DNA of 64,000 nucleotides from Bacteroidales bacterium (lineage in GTDB: Bacteria > Bacteroidota > Bacteroidia > Bacteroidales > F082), in NCBI GenBank assembly GCA_024400305.1, contig JAKSMX010000010.1:18283-82282 (forward strand), in the 5' to 3' direction. Positions 1-10,800 of this stretch are shown piece by piece. The stretch's first letter is position 1; every line of letters begins with the position of its first letter. The notes beneath the pieces were generated by a model, which was given only the letters and a program-made list of their open reading frames with translations, ran no database searches and was not told the origin of the DNA. A program made the translations under genes and the position numbers.

Positions 1-138
1 GTATGTCTCAGATTTATAATGTCTTGCATTTTGTTTGAAGTTATAAAGTTTGTAAAGTTGAAAGATTCTTTAAAACCGCTGCAAAAATACATAAAAACAT
101 CTTTCGTGAATAATTATTAATACTTTTAAAAAAATTCG

Positions 139-146
139 TATTTTTG
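139..146 (+). promoter_or_regulatory. Bacteroidota-type -7 promoter box TATTTTTG (consensus TAnnTTTG) upstream of manA
   Basis: Exact TAnnTTTG match 29 nt upstream of the ATG at 175. The same motif recurs upstream of other first genes in this window. Confidence 0.4.
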
Positions 147-174
147 CATTTTGGAAAAAAAGGAAATAACAGAA

Positions 175-1158
175 ATGAATATTCTTTATCCATTGAAATT
201 CAAACCAAAGTTCAAGGAGAAAGTCTGGGGCGGCCAGAATGTCAAAACGTTGCTGCACAAGGACTTCGGTAATCTGATGAACTGCGGTGAGATGTGGCTT
301 CTCTCCGGCGTTGAAGGCGAGAACAGCGTAGTATGCAACGGAAACTTCGAGGGCGATGAACTCAACGACCTCGTGGAGACTTTCATGGGCGACCTCGTCG
401 GGGAACATGTTTTCGACAAATACGGCGAGACTTTCCCATTGTTAATCAAGATAATAGACCCGTTGACATGGCTTTCGGTGCAGGTGCATCCCGATGATGA
501 GATTGCGCAAAAAATCGGCCTCGAAAACGGAAAGACGGAGATGTGGTACGTGCTTGACGCCGAAAAAGACGCCGAACTCGTCACAGGCTTCAGCGAGGAG
601 GTTACTAAAGAACAGTTCAAACATCTCCTTGAGGAGAAAAAAGTCGAACAAGTGCTTAATTATGAAAAGGTTGAGACCGGCGACGTGTTTTTCATCCCGG
701 CACGGCGCATACACGCACTCGGACCCGGATGCATGGTGGCGGAGATACAGCAGACAAGCGACACGACCTACCGCGTCTATGACTGGGACCGCATCGACCA
801 ATACGGCATGTACCGCGAACTGCATGTGCCTCAGGCACTTTACACTTTGGACTTCAAGAAAGAAGACAGCTACAGGACCGAATACGACAGGACAAAAAAA
901 GACGCCACCGTCGAGATGGTGAGCTGCCCTTATTTCACCACCAATTTCATCAACCTTGACGCAACGTTGGCGAAAGACTATTCCGAACTCGACTCATTCG
1001 TGATCCTGATGAGCGTCGGCGGAAATTTCACCTTGAGATACGATGGCGGCGAAGAAAGCGTTAGTTTCGGCGAGTGTATCTTGATTCCGAATGCGGTGAA
1101 AAAGATTGAGATACATGCTCAAGGCGAATGCAGAATTTTAGAGAGTTATATTTTGTAA
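175..1158 (+). CDS. manA: mannose-6-phosphate isomerase, class I
   Basis: ORF 151..1158. The N-terminus MNILYPLKFKPKFKEKVWGG and the QVHPDD and EMWYV motifs are typical of type I phosphomannose isomerase. ATG 175 is preferred to TTG 151, which lies too close to the -7 box. Confidence 0.85.
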   Translation: MNILYPLKFKPKFKEKVWGGQNVKTLLHKDFGNLMNCGEMWLLSGVEGENSVVCNGNFEGDELNDLVETFMGDLVGEHVFDKYGETFPLLIKIIDPLTWLSVQVHPDDEIAQKIGLENGKTEMWYVLDAEKDAELVTGFSEEVTKEQFKHLLEEKKVEQVLNYEKVETGDVFFIPARRIHALGPGCMVAEIQQTSDTTYRVYDWDRIDQYGMYRELHVPQALYTLDFKKEDSYRTEYDRTKKDATVEMVSCPYFTTNFINLDATLAKDYSELDSFVILMSVGGNFTLRYDGGEESVSFGECILIPNAVKKIEIHAQGECRILESYIL

Positions 1159-1187
1159 ATAATTGAATAATTTAAAACGTTTTAAAA

Positions 1188-1682
1188 ATGAAAAAGTTAT
1201 TATCATTTATCCTTTTGGGATTCCTGGGCTTCGGCATGATGGCTCAGGAGAAGTCGGAACTTCCGAACATCACATTGAAGAACCTTGACGGCGAGAGCGT
1301 CAACGTCTCTGAAATCAACAACGACGGAAAGCCTTTCGTCATGACATTCTGGGCCACATGGTGCGGGCCGTGCGTGAAGGAACACAACGCATTGACAGAC
1401 GTTTACGACGACTGGGTTGAGGAGACTGGCGTGAAGATCATCTCCGTATCCATCGACGACTCGCGTTCTTCGGCACGTATCAAGCCTTTCGTCGAAGGCA
1501 AGGGCTGGCCTTTCGAGATCCTCCTCGACGTGAACAAGGAACTCGCACGCGCCATGAACGTCGTGAACCCGCCTCACACATTCCTCTTTGACGGCAACGG
1601 CAAGGTCGTGTGGCAGCACACAGGCTACCTCGAAGGCGGCGAAGAAGATGTCTATAACGAAATCAAAAAACTCGTAAAATAA
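1188..1682 (+). CDS. TlpA-family thiol:disulfide oxidoreductase (thioredoxin fold, secreted)
   Basis: Signal peptide MKKLLSFILLGFLGFGMMAQ and redox motif WATWCGPC. Confidence 0.85.
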   Translation: MKKLLSFILLGFLGFGMMAQEKSELPNITLKNLDGESVNVSEINNDGKPFVMTFWATWCGPCVKEHNALTDVYDDWVEETGVKIISVSIDDSRSSARIKPFVEGKGWPFEILLDVNKELARAMNVVNPPHTFLFDGNGKVVWQHTGYLEGGEEDVYNEIKKLVK

Positions 1683-1689
1683 AAAATGA

Positions 1690-1721
1690 CACGTAAGGCG
1701 CATCACAATGCGTCTTGCGTG
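1690..1721 (+). other. intercistronic RNA hairpin (14-bp stem with two G-U pairs, loop CACA)
   Basis: cacgtaaggcgcat / caca / atgcgtcttgcgtg immediately after the tlpA-like stop. It overlaps the upstream ATG at 1708, which argues for the 1735 start of the next gene. Confidence 0.35.
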
Positions 1722-1734
1722 CAAATGTATGAAT

Positions 1735-3486
1735 ATGAAAAAGGTACTAATTCTCGTGGCGGCAATACTTTGCTCCACAATGACATACGGACAGTCTGTC
1801 CTCTCCGGCTCGCGCGTGAGCGGAAGCTTTCAGGTTGACGGGAACTACTACTGGCCCGACGACGGCATCGGCATCACTGAAGAGAACATCAACGGCGAGA
1901 AGTTCGGCGGCTACGGATTCGGAAAACTTCAATACAACCTCGGCGACTTCACTGCCGGGATGCGTTTCGAGGCATATCAGAACACACCGATGTCGGGCTT
2001 TGACATGAGAACCAAAGGCATGGGCGTGGCTAATTTTTTCGCCTCTTACGACAACGGAACCGTGGGCTTCACCGCTGGTGACATCTACGACCAGTTCGGA
2101 AACGGCTTGATTTTCAGGACTTACGAGGAATGGACCCTCGGCTTCGACAACTCGCTCCGCGGCATACGCGCCGTATATCGCCCTGTCAACGGAGTGACAG
2201 TCAAGGGGTTGTACGGAATGCAGAGACTTTATTGGGCGCCGTATTTCAACGCCAACACCAACGAGCCGGCGAGAGGCCTCGTGCGCGGCGCTGACGCTGA
2301 ATGGGACATCAACCAGAGCATCGCCTCGATCAGCGACGCGAAGGTGAGAGCCACCGTCGGCGCGAGCTTCGTGAGCAAATACGAAGGCGATAAGACACAC
2401 GAGGAAGGCGGCGTCATCTACAACCTCCCGCAGAACGTGGCGGCATACGCAGGCCGCGCCAACATCGGGTTCTGGCGTTTCAACCTCGGTGCGGAATACG
2501 CCCGCAAGATCAACGACCCGTCGGCGTTCAACAACTGGATCTACCGCGACGGACAGGAACTCCTGACGTCACTGTCATACACACAGAAAGGCCTCGGCGC
2601 AGTGCTTCAGGTGAAACGCGTTGACAACATGAGCTTCAAGTCGGACCGCACCGCCACGCAGAACGACCTCGACCTCGGCTTCGTGCCGCCGCTCAACTAC
2701 ACGCACACCCACAGCCTGCCTTCGATGTTCTCCTACGCCTCGCAGCCGCTCGGCGAAATGGGAATACAGTTCCAGATCAACTACATGATTCCAAAGAAGA
2801 CCGCCCTCGGCGGGAAATACGGGACGAAACTCGCATTCAACTACAGCCAGGTCAACGACATCAAACGCGACTCCGTCATGTTCAACGGCAATAATGTCCT
2901 GAATATGGCTGGCACAAAAGGCTACGAATCCGACTTCTTCGCCATCGGCGACCGCATGTTCTACCGTGACTTCAATTTCGAGATCGACAAGAAGATAAGC
3001 AAGAAATGGAATCTAACATTGATGTACATCAATCTGTATTATGATATGGAAATCATTGAGAATCATCCAGGTGCGGAAGTTGTGAAGGCAAACATCGCCT
3101 TCGGCGAAGCGATTTACAAGATCAACAGCAAACACAGCCTGCGTCTCGAAGTGCAGCACATGTGGGACAACATCGGAAAGAATCATGAGATTGAAGAAGG
3201 CCACGAGGCATATTACGTGAAACGCGGCAACTGGGCTGCGTTCCTTTTGGAATACACCATCGCGCCGAAATGGTTCGTCTCCATCGCCGACAAATACAAC
3301 TACGGCAACCCGATTGCCGACAACCGCGACCATTATTTCACGGGTTCGTTCGGTTTCATCAAAGACCAGACACGTATCGCCATCAGCGGAGGCCGTCAGA
3401 GCGAAGGCCTCGTGTGCGTCGGCGGCGTGTGCCGCACGGTGCCGGCATCAAGCGGCGTGCAGTTGACAATAACGACTTCATTCTAA
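1735..3486 (+). CDS. outer-membrane beta-barrel protein (DUF6029-like)
   Basis: Signal peptide MKKVLILVAAILCSTMTYGQ, alternating beta-strand-like composition and a C-terminal ...QLTITTSF ending in Phe. The neighbourhood of a TlpA-like gene and an Omp28-like gene is a common Bacteroidota arrangement. Confidence 0.55.
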   Translation: MKKVLILVAAILCSTMTYGQSVLSGSRVSGSFQVDGNYYWPDDGIGITEENINGEKFGGYGFGKLQYNLGDFTAGMRFEAYQNTPMSGFDMRTKGMGVANFFASYDNGTVGFTAGDIYDQFGNGLIFRTYEEWTLGFDNSLRGIRAVYRPVNGVTVKGLYGMQRLYWAPYFNANTNEPARGLVRGADAEWDINQSIASISDAKVRATVGASFVSKYEGDKTHEEGGVIYNLPQNVAAYAGRANIGFWRFNLGAEYARKINDPSAFNNWIYRDGQELLTSLSYTQKGLGAVLQVKRVDNMSFKSDRTATQNDLDLGFVPPLNYTHTHSLPSMFSYASQPLGEMGIQFQINYMIPKKTALGGKYGTKLAFNYSQVNDIKRDSVMFNGNNVLNMAGTKGYESDFFAIGDRMFYRDFNFEIDKKISKKWNLTLMYINLYYDMEIIENHPGAEVVKANIAFGEAIYKINSKHSLRLEVQHMWDNIGKNHEIEEGHEAYYVKRGNWAAFLLEYTIAPKWFVSIADKYNYGNPIADNRDHYFTGSFGFIKDQTRIAISGGRQSEGLVCVGGVCRTVPASSGVQLTITTSF

Positions 3487-3500
3487 AAAATACGAATAAA

Positions 3501-4334
3501 ATGAAAAAATTATCATTAATATTTGCAGGCATGGCGGTCGCTTTCGCCATGTCGTCATGCGACAAACTTGATGAACCTTATTTCATCGAACCTGTCGTCA
3601 GTGAAACCATCCCTTTGACAAATGAAGATACAATAAATTTTGATGGCAAGCGTGTTGTGCTTCTCGAAGACTACACCGGCGTGAAATGCAACAACTGTCC
3701 GGCGGCGGGCGAGATCGCGCTTAAGCTTCAAGAAAATTACGGTCATCAACTTATCGTTTTAGGTGTCCATCCGAAAGGAGCCCTTCAGAATCCGGCCGGC
3801 GGCTTCCCTGATTTCAGAACCGACGACGGTGAAGATTGGAACAAAGCTTTCAACATACCGGCATATCCGAACGGACTTGTCAACCGCAACGGCGTGGTCG
3901 GACCGGCGGAATGGGCGAAGAAGGTCGAAGAAGCGGTGGCAGGTGAAGCTCCGGCGAGAATGATTGTCAAGACAAAATACGATGACGCCAATCGCGAGCT
4001 GAAACTCAGCGTACATACAAAGATTCTCAGCAATCTCCCGAAGTCGAATCTGATCATCTGCATGATGGAAGACAACATCTTGGGCAAACAGGTCACGCAA
4101 ACAGGACTCGACACCGCCTACATGCACCGTCATGTGTTCCGAGGCACTGCCGACGGCCTCACATGGGGCAGAAGTCTTAACAATGGGGGTCTGGAGGCTG
4201 GCATGAACTTCATCACGAATTTCAAATTCACCGTTGATGAGAAATACAATACCGAAGAGTTCTACATCGTGGCGTTCCTCGCCGACGAGAGCAGCAGGAA
4301 GGTTTACATGGCCGCTGAAAGCAAGATCAAATAA
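3501..4334 (+). CDS. Omp28-related thioredoxin-like lipoprotein
   Basis: Internal start MKKLSLIFAGMAVAFAMSSC gives a lipobox Cys. Contains a YTGVKCNNCP motif. The ORF-track extension from 3270 overlaps the upstream gene in another frame. Confidence 0.55.
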   Translation: MKKLSLIFAGMAVAFAMSSCDKLDEPYFIEPVVSETIPLTNEDTINFDGKRVVLLEDYTGVKCNNCPAAGEIALKLQENYGHQLIVLGVHPKGALQNPAGGFPDFRTDDGEDWNKAFNIPAYPNGLVNRNGVVGPAEWAKKVEEAVAGEAPARMIVKTKYDDANRELKLSVHTKILSNLPKSNLIICMMEDNILGKQVTQTGLDTAYMHRHVFRGTADGLTWGRSLNNGGLEAGMNFITNFKFTVDEKYNTEEFYIVAFLADESSRKVYMAAESKIK

Positions 4335-4343
4335 AATGAAAAA

Positions 4344-4365
4344 AAGGAGGTCTTCGGACCTCCTT
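4344..4365. terminator. GC-rich hairpin aaggaggtc-ttcg-gacctcctt between the Omp28-like gene and the tRNA
   Basis: Perfect 9-bp stem with a TTCG loop, preceded by an A-run. It sits 10 nt after the stop at 4334 and 7 nt beyond the tRNA 3' end on the other strand. Confidence 0.6.
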
Positions 4366-4371
4366 GCCTTG

Positions 4372-4445
<74 letters not shown>

Positions 4446-4542
4446 TCATGATTGATTTGCGGGTGCAAAATTACATCTATTTTTCGCTCGTGTCAAGTGT
4501 TTTTTGAATTTTTTTTAAAATAATTGGAAATATTATAAAAAT

Positions 4543-5424
4543 ATGGATCATAAAGCAGGTTACGTCAATATAATTGGCAAGCCAAATGTCGGAAAATCAA
4601 CGCTTATGAACGATTTGGTGGGCGAGAAAATCTCCATCATAACGTCGAAGGCGCAGACCACACGTCACCGTATTTTGGGCATCGTGAACGGTGATGACTT
4701 CCAAATCGTGTTCTCCGACACCCCCGGAATCATCAAAAAACCGGCCTACAAGATGCACGAAATCATGAATCAGTTCATCAATGTCGCGTTCATCGACGCT
4801 GATCTGATACTCTATGTCGTCGATATCACGGACAAGAAAATCGACGAGGAGACCATCGAAAGAGTGAAGAAGACGAATCTTCCGGTGTTCGTCTTGCTAA
4901 ACAAAATCGACCTCTCGAACCAGGATGAGGTGACGAAAGCGGTCGAGTTCTGGCAGAACGCATTGCCGGAATCGACGGTGTTCCCGGTGTCGGCATTGCA
5001 TCAGGCGAACATAAAATACGTGTTCGAGAGCATCATTGAGAAACTGCCGAAATGCCCGCCGTACTTCCCGAAAGACGAGCTGACCGACCGCTCGATGCGT
5101 TTCTTCATCACGGAAATCATCCGCGAGAAGATATTGCTGAACTATCAGCAGGAGATACCTTACTGCGTGGAGGTGACCGTCGATGCCTACGAGGAAAGCA
5201 AGAACCTCATCAACATCAAATCGACGATTTATGTCTCGCGCGAATCGCAGAAGGCCATATTAATAGGTAAGGGCGGCTCGGCGATAAAGAAAGTGGGAAT
5301 ACAGTCACGCGCCGACATCGAAGAGTTCGTCGGGAAGAAAGTGTTCCTCGACCTCAACGTGAAGGTTGACAAGGATTGGAGAGATAACGAGGAGGAACTG
5401 AAACATTTCGGGTACGAAGCGTGA
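4543..5424 (+). CDS. era: GTPase Era
   Basis: G1 motif GKPNVGKST, a DTPG motif, an NKID motif and a C-terminal KH-like region. Confidence 0.9.
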   Translation: MDHKAGYVNIIGKPNVGKSTLMNDLVGEKISIITSKAQTTRHRILGIVNGDDFQIVFSDTPGIIKKPAYKMHEIMNQFINVAFIDADLILYVVDITDKKIDEETIERVKKTNLPVFVLLNKIDLSNQDEVTKAVEFWQNALPESTVFPVSALHQANIKYVFESIIEKLPKCPPYFPKDELTDRSMRFFITEIIREKILLNYQQEIPYCVEVTVDAYEESKNLINIKSTIYVSRESQKAILIGKGGSAIKKVGIQSRADIEEFVGKKVFLDLNVKVDKDWRDNEEELKHFGYEA

Positions 5425-5456
5425 TTTTGTTAAGCGTTGAAAGAGGAGAGATAAGA

Positions 5457-5599
5457 GAACCGCGTAGCGGTTCCACATCCGTATAAATCAGGTAAATAAA
5501 AATGAATTGAAAACGAACCGCGTAGCGGTTCCATATCCGTAGAAACCAGGTAATTAAAAATGAATTGAAAACGAACCGCGTAGCGGTTTCATATCCGTA
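5457..5599 (+). repeat. three tandem 58-bp units, each headed by the 27-nt REP-like element GAACCGCGTAGCGGTTCCATATCCGTA
   Basis: Copies at 5457-5483, 5515-5541 and 5573-5599. Each has a 7-bp stem GAACCGC/GCGGTTC with loop GTA. The array ends 5 nt before the der ATG. Confidence 0.9.
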
Positions 5600-5604
5600 A
5601 AAAC

Positions 5605-6912
5605 ATGAGCAATATAGTAGCAATAGTAGGAAGACCGAATGTAGGCAAATCGACATTATTCAACCGTCTGGTGCAGTCGCGCCAGGCCATCGTGGAGGCC
5701 ACGAGCGGTGTCACGCGCGACCGTCATTACGGCCACAGCGATTGGTGCGGCAAGACGTTCACGGTGATTGACACCGGCGGCTATGTCGTTGGTTCTGAAG
5801 ATATTTTTGAAGAGGAGATAAGGAAACAAGTCGATCTCGCCATCGACGAGGCTGATGTCATAATATTCGTCGTTGACGGTCAGGAAGGCGTCCACGTCCT
5901 TGACGAGGATGTCGCCGTCATCTTGCGCAGATGCAAGAAACACGTGATTCTCGCGGTCAACAAGACCGACATTCCGAGCAAGTTCGGGCAGGCGGCGGAA
6001 TTCTACGCCTTCGGCCTCGGTGAGATTTTCCCGTTCTCGGCGATGACAGGCACCGGCACCGGCGAGCTTCTCGATGAAGTGATAAAATATCTCCCGCAAG
6101 ACGAGACTGAAGACTATTCGGGGCTTCCAAAGTTCACGGTGGTGGGACGCCCGAATGTCGGCAAATCATCGATGATCAATGCGTTCCTCGGTCAAGAAAG
6201 ACATATCGTGACCGACATCGCCGGCACGACACGCGACACAAACAACACACGGTTCAATTATTTCGGCATGGATTTCATGCTCGTTGACACAGCCGGCCTG
6301 CGAAAGAAATCGAAGGTCAGTGAGAACATCGAGTTTTATTCCGTGATGCGTTCCATCCGCGCCATCGAGGAATGCGACGTCGCCGTCTTGATCATCGACG
6401 CCACTCAGGGCTTCGAGTCGCAGGACATGAACATCCTCCGCCTCATCGAGAAAAACAAGAAAGGCCTCGTGATGGTGGTGAACAAATGGGATCTGATAGA
6501 GAAGGATTCCAACACTCACCTCAAGTTCGAAAACGAAATCCGTGCCAAGACAGCCCCTTTCGTTGACTATCCGATAATCTTCACCTCGGCCATCAACAAG
6601 CAGAGGACGTTCAAGGTGCTTGAGACGCTTCGTGATGTGCATGAGAACCGCAGGCGCAAAGTGCCGGTCCGCGAACTCAACGACACAATGCTTGAAATCA
6701 TCAACTCGCAGCCTCCGCAGATAGCGTCACGTGGCAGATTCTTGAAAATCAAATATATAACACAGCTAAAGAGCCCGACTCCACAGTTCATCTTCTTCTG
6801 CAACCTGCCGAAAGACGTCAAGGAACCATATATGCGTTATCTTGAAAACAAGATCAGGAGCATCTGGGATTTCCACGGAGTGCCGATACAACTATTTTTC
6901 CGTGAAAAATAA
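5605..6912 (+). CDS. der: ribosome-associated GTPase Der/EngA (two GTPase domains)
   Basis: Two P-loops (GRPNVGKST, twice), DTGG and DTAG motifs, NKTD and NKWD motifs, and a KH-like C-terminus. Confidence 0.9.
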   Translation: MSNIVAIVGRPNVGKSTLFNRLVQSRQAIVEATSGVTRDRHYGHSDWCGKTFTVIDTGGYVVGSEDIFEEEIRKQVDLAIDEADVIIFVVDGQEGVHVLDEDVAVILRRCKKHVILAVNKTDIPSKFGQAAEFYAFGLGEIFPFSAMTGTGTGELLDEVIKYLPQDETEDYSGLPKFTVVGRPNVGKSSMINAFLGQERHIVTDIAGTTRDTNNTRFNYFGMDFMLVDTAGLRKKSKVSENIEFYSVMRSIRAIEECDVAVLIIDATQGFESQDMNILRLIEKNKKGLVMVVNKWDLIEKDSNTHLKFENEIRAKTAPFVDYPIIFTSAINKQRTFKVLETLRDVHENRRRKVPVRELNDTMLEIINSQPPQIASRGRFLKIKYITQLKSPTPQFIFFCNLPKDVKEPYMRYLENKIRSIWDFHGVPIQLFFREK

Positions 6913-6979
6913 TTGAAGGAATTTTAGGAGTTTTAGGTATTTATGATTTAAAACACCTAACCACCTAATTATCTGAACC

Positions 6980-7357
6980 ATGGACGAACTGAGGATAGAC
7001 AAATGGCTGTGGTGTGCGCGTCTTTTCAAGACGCGCACCCTGGCGGCCGACGCCTGCAAGGGCGGCAAGGTGAAGGTCAGCGACGTGTCGGTGAAACCGT
7101 CGCACGACGTGAAAATTGGCGAGGTCATCGCGGTGCAGCAGGGACAGCTTCATAAGGTTGTCGAAGTGCTGGACATCCCGAAGAGCAGGGTGTCGCCGAA
7201 AGACGTGCCGAACATCTATGCCGACAGGACACCGGCGGAGGAATACGAACGCATCGAGTTCATGCACGCCTACAGAACCGAGTTCCGCGAAAAAGGGACG
7301 GGACGCCCGACAAAGAAGGAACGCAGGATTCTCGACAGACTCAAAGGCGAGGATTGA
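6980..7357 (+). CDS. hslR: RNA-binding S4 domain protein (Hsp15-like)
   Basis: MDELRIDKWLWCARLFKTRTLAADACKGGKVKV is a typical S4/Hsp15 N-terminus. Confidence 0.7.
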   Translation: MDELRIDKWLWCARLFKTRTLAADACKGGKVKVSDVSVKPSHDVKIGEVIAVQQGQLHKVVEVLDIPKSRVSPKDVPNIYADRTPAEEYERIEFMHAYRTEFREKGTGRPTKKERRILDRLKGED

Positions 7358-7377
7358 TGAAATTATCTTGAAAACAA

Positions 7378-7833
7378 ATGAATAATATTGAAGAAATAAT
7401 TGAAAACCTGCAACTTGCGCCGCATCCGGAAGGAGGCTGGTACCGTCAGGTCTTCGGCAACGATGAGAACGGAAAGAAACAGATTTCCACGATTTATTAC
7501 ATGCTCGACGGCAAGAACTTCTCGGCTTTCCACCGTCTGCATGATATGACCGAGATCTGGTATTATCACGCCGGAACGCAGCTCGACATCCACGTCATCG
7601 GCCTTGACGGGAAGCTGACGACGCATCATCTGTCAGGCGACGGCGAGATGCAGGTGGTGATAACGCCGGAGCAGTGGTTCGCGGCGGAGATACCGTCCAG
7701 AAAAGGCTTCTGCCTCGTAGGTTGCGCCGTCGCACCGGCGTTTGAGTTTGAGAACTTCGAACTCGGAAAGAAAGAGGAACTGTTGAAAGAGTTCCCGCAA
7801 TATGAAGAAATCATAGAACGACTTTGCAGATGA
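7378..7833 (+). CDS. cupin-fold protein (DUF985 family)
   Basis: The LQLAPHPEGGWYRQVF motif is characteristic of DUF985 cupins. Confidence 0.65.
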   Translation: MNNIEEIIENLQLAPHPEGGWYRQVFGNDENGKKQISTIYYMLDGKNFSAFHRLHDMTEIWYYHAGTQLDIHVIGLDGKLTTHHLSGDGEMQVVITPEQWFAAEIPSRKGFCLVGCAVAPAFEFENFELGKKEELLKEFPQYEEIIERLCR

Positions 7834-7860
7834 ATTTTGAAAATGGACTAAAAAAATTAT

Positions 7861-10800
7861 ATGAAAAGAACTTTATTTTTTATCGTAATGTTCGGTTTTT
7901 CGTTTTTTGCAAAAGCCGCTTACCTTGAAAATGTGCCGATGACATTAACCCAGCCGGATGGCACTAAATTGGAATGCTTCGCATCTGGCGATGAGTTTTA
8001 CAACTATCTCCATGATGCACAAGGCTTTACTATTATTCAAGACCATGCAACAGGTTTCTATGTCTATGCCGATTTGCAGGATGGCGAACTCGTGCCGACC
8101 GATTTGGTAGCCGGACGTTCAAACCCCGCAGATCGCTTGAAACCGTATCTCAACATCTCGCCGGAGAAACGCATGGAGAGGCGTAAGGCCTGGGACGTGC
8201 CCGAACATCTGCGTAAACCTGAGGTAAGGAACAGAGACACGAACCACGGTACTCTTAACAACTTAGTGATTTTCATACGTTTCGCCGATGATGGTGAGTT
8301 TGAAAACACTTTCAGCTCGGTGAACAATATGTTCAATGAAAACCAGTCAGGAGTGTCGATGCAGAGCTATTTCAAGGAGGTTTCGTACAATCAGATAAAC
8401 ATCCCGACCACGTTCTATCCAGCGCCGGACGGAGAAAAAATCCTTTCGTATCAAGACACGTATTACAGGAGCTTTTTCCAGCCTTACGATGCGACGACGA
8501 ACCCTAACGGCTACAACGGTGATGATGAGCGGACCGAGAGAGAACACGCACTGTTGGAAAGGGCTGTCAATTACATCAATGCCAACAACATGATCCCTGA
8601 CGATTTGAATGTCGATTACAACAAGGATGGTTATGTTGACAATGTTTGCTTTGTTGTGAGAGGTAACGTCGGCGCGTGGAGCAGTCTTTTGTGGCCGCAT
8701 CAATGGAGCTTATATACGAGGGAAGTATATATCAACGGTAAAATGGTCTGGACGTTCAACTTCCAGTTAGCGGATGCCGTCAATAATTTCAACACCTCGA
8801 CCATGTGCCATGAGATGAACCACTCGTTGGGCGCGCCCGACCTGTACCATTACAGCTATACCGGCCCGACACCTGTCGGCACATGGGACCTGATGCAGAG
8901 CAACGCCACGCCGCCGCAGCACATGGGCGCGTACATGAAATACATGTATGGCAACTGGATTGATGAAATCCCGGAGATAACCGAACCTGGCGTTTACACT
9001 CTGCACGACATCTCGTCAAGTACCAACAACTGCTATAAGATCGCAAGTCCTGAAAGCAAACAGTATTATGTCTTGGAATACAGGAAAAAGAGTGTGGAGA
9101 CGGCGATTCCTGGCACGGGACTTCTCATCTACAGAATCAATACCTATGAAGAAGGGTATGGCAACAGATATTGGGACGGGGTAACCAGATTCGATGAGGT
9201 TTATATTTTCCGTCCGGGCGGGACGACAACAGCGGAAGGCTCGATTAACAGCGCATACTTCAGCGCGGGCAGCGGCCGCACCGCTTTCGATGCCACAACA
9301 AACCCCAAGCCGTTTTTGATTGACGGGACGGTTGACAACGGTCTGATGATTTCCGGAATCTCGGCGGCGGGAGAGACAATCTCCTTCATTGTCGGCTCAA
9401 CCTGCGACGCGCCGACCAACCTGACGGCTTCTCTGTCGGGCAATGAGGTGACATTGACATGGGACGCCGTCGAAGACATCGAGTCTTATAGTGTCATACG
9501 TAATGGCGCAGTTGTCGCCGATAATGTTTCTATCACGACATACGTTGACAATCTCAACTCTTACGGAACTTATTCATACTGTGTGAAAAGCAACTGCCCG
9601 GACGGTGGCAACTCGATGGCTTCCAATTCTGCCAATGTTAATTATGCTTATCCTGGTCCAGTCGTCACCGACCTCACCGGCGATGTCGATGGAAACATCG
9701 TGACTTTGGAATGGACTGAACCTGAAAGCAGGACTGCAGAGCTACATTATGGAACTTCTCTGGCAACTATTGCGTCATATAACTATTGGGCTCAAGTCTA
9801 TGAACCATCGCAATTGGCAGACTGCTTCGGCATGGCAGTAAGTAGAATATCTTTCATGACATATATAACAGGTAAACCTTACACTCTTAAAATATATAAT
9901 GGAGACACACCAGACAATACGAATCTGATAGCGACAAAATCATTCACTCCAACAAGTAGTTTGATTTGGCTTAATGTTACTTTGGATAACCCAGCATATA
10001 TCGACTGCTCAAAAAAACTTTGGATTACTTTCTATTGTAGTGCCAGTAATGCTATCACTATGGGTTTCTACACTAATGCCGATTATGCAAAGGCTATGAT
10101 GCTTTCAAATGATGGGGTGACATATTATGTGCCTAATTGGAATGGTGGCAACACTTTTTCTGCATGCGTAAAGACATTCCTCACCAACGGAACTTTCACT
10201 TACAACATTTCAAAAGACGGCACTAAAATCGTTGAAAACCAATCGGGTTCAAGCTATTTCTATAATGAAACGCAAAACGGCTTCCACAAATATCACGTTA
10301 CGACAAATTATCTTGGCGGCGAATCGCAGCCATCAAATTCGGTTTATGTCCCCGCCGGAGCCACAAAACAGTTCCTCGGAAGCGTGAATGCCGACTGGTC
10401 GGACAATGCAAACTGGCTCGGAAACTCAAAACCGACCGCTTCAGATGCCGTATGGGTGAAAAATGACATTTCCGTCAATGAAAATGCTGACGTTGATGGC
10501 TTATATATTAATAAAGGTGTGACTGCCACGGTGAGTTCCGGAAATGTTTTGAGCGTTTCAAATGATGTGGAAAGTCTTTCCACTGCAAAATGGCTCACAG
10601 TTGAGTCGGACGGCGCATTCGCGAGCGACGCTTTCGGAGTGAACGGCACGGTGAAACGTCAATTCACGGTGGACTCGAAAGACGAAATCACAGGGAAATG
10701 GCATTTCATGTCGTCACCTGTGGCCGCGGCTCCCGTGTCTGACTTCGTCGGAAACGCCGACGGACAGAATTACGATCTGTATCTTTACAGCGAGCCGGAT

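Noticed and set aside
3270-3500. N-terminal extensions offered by the ORF track (3270, 27599, 36671, 31532..32338, 32911, 33522 and 58242)
   Set aside because: The extensions overlap the upstream gene or a repeat element, are Arg-rich or otherwise atypical, and precede an internal Met followed by a signal peptide or a conserved family N-terminus.
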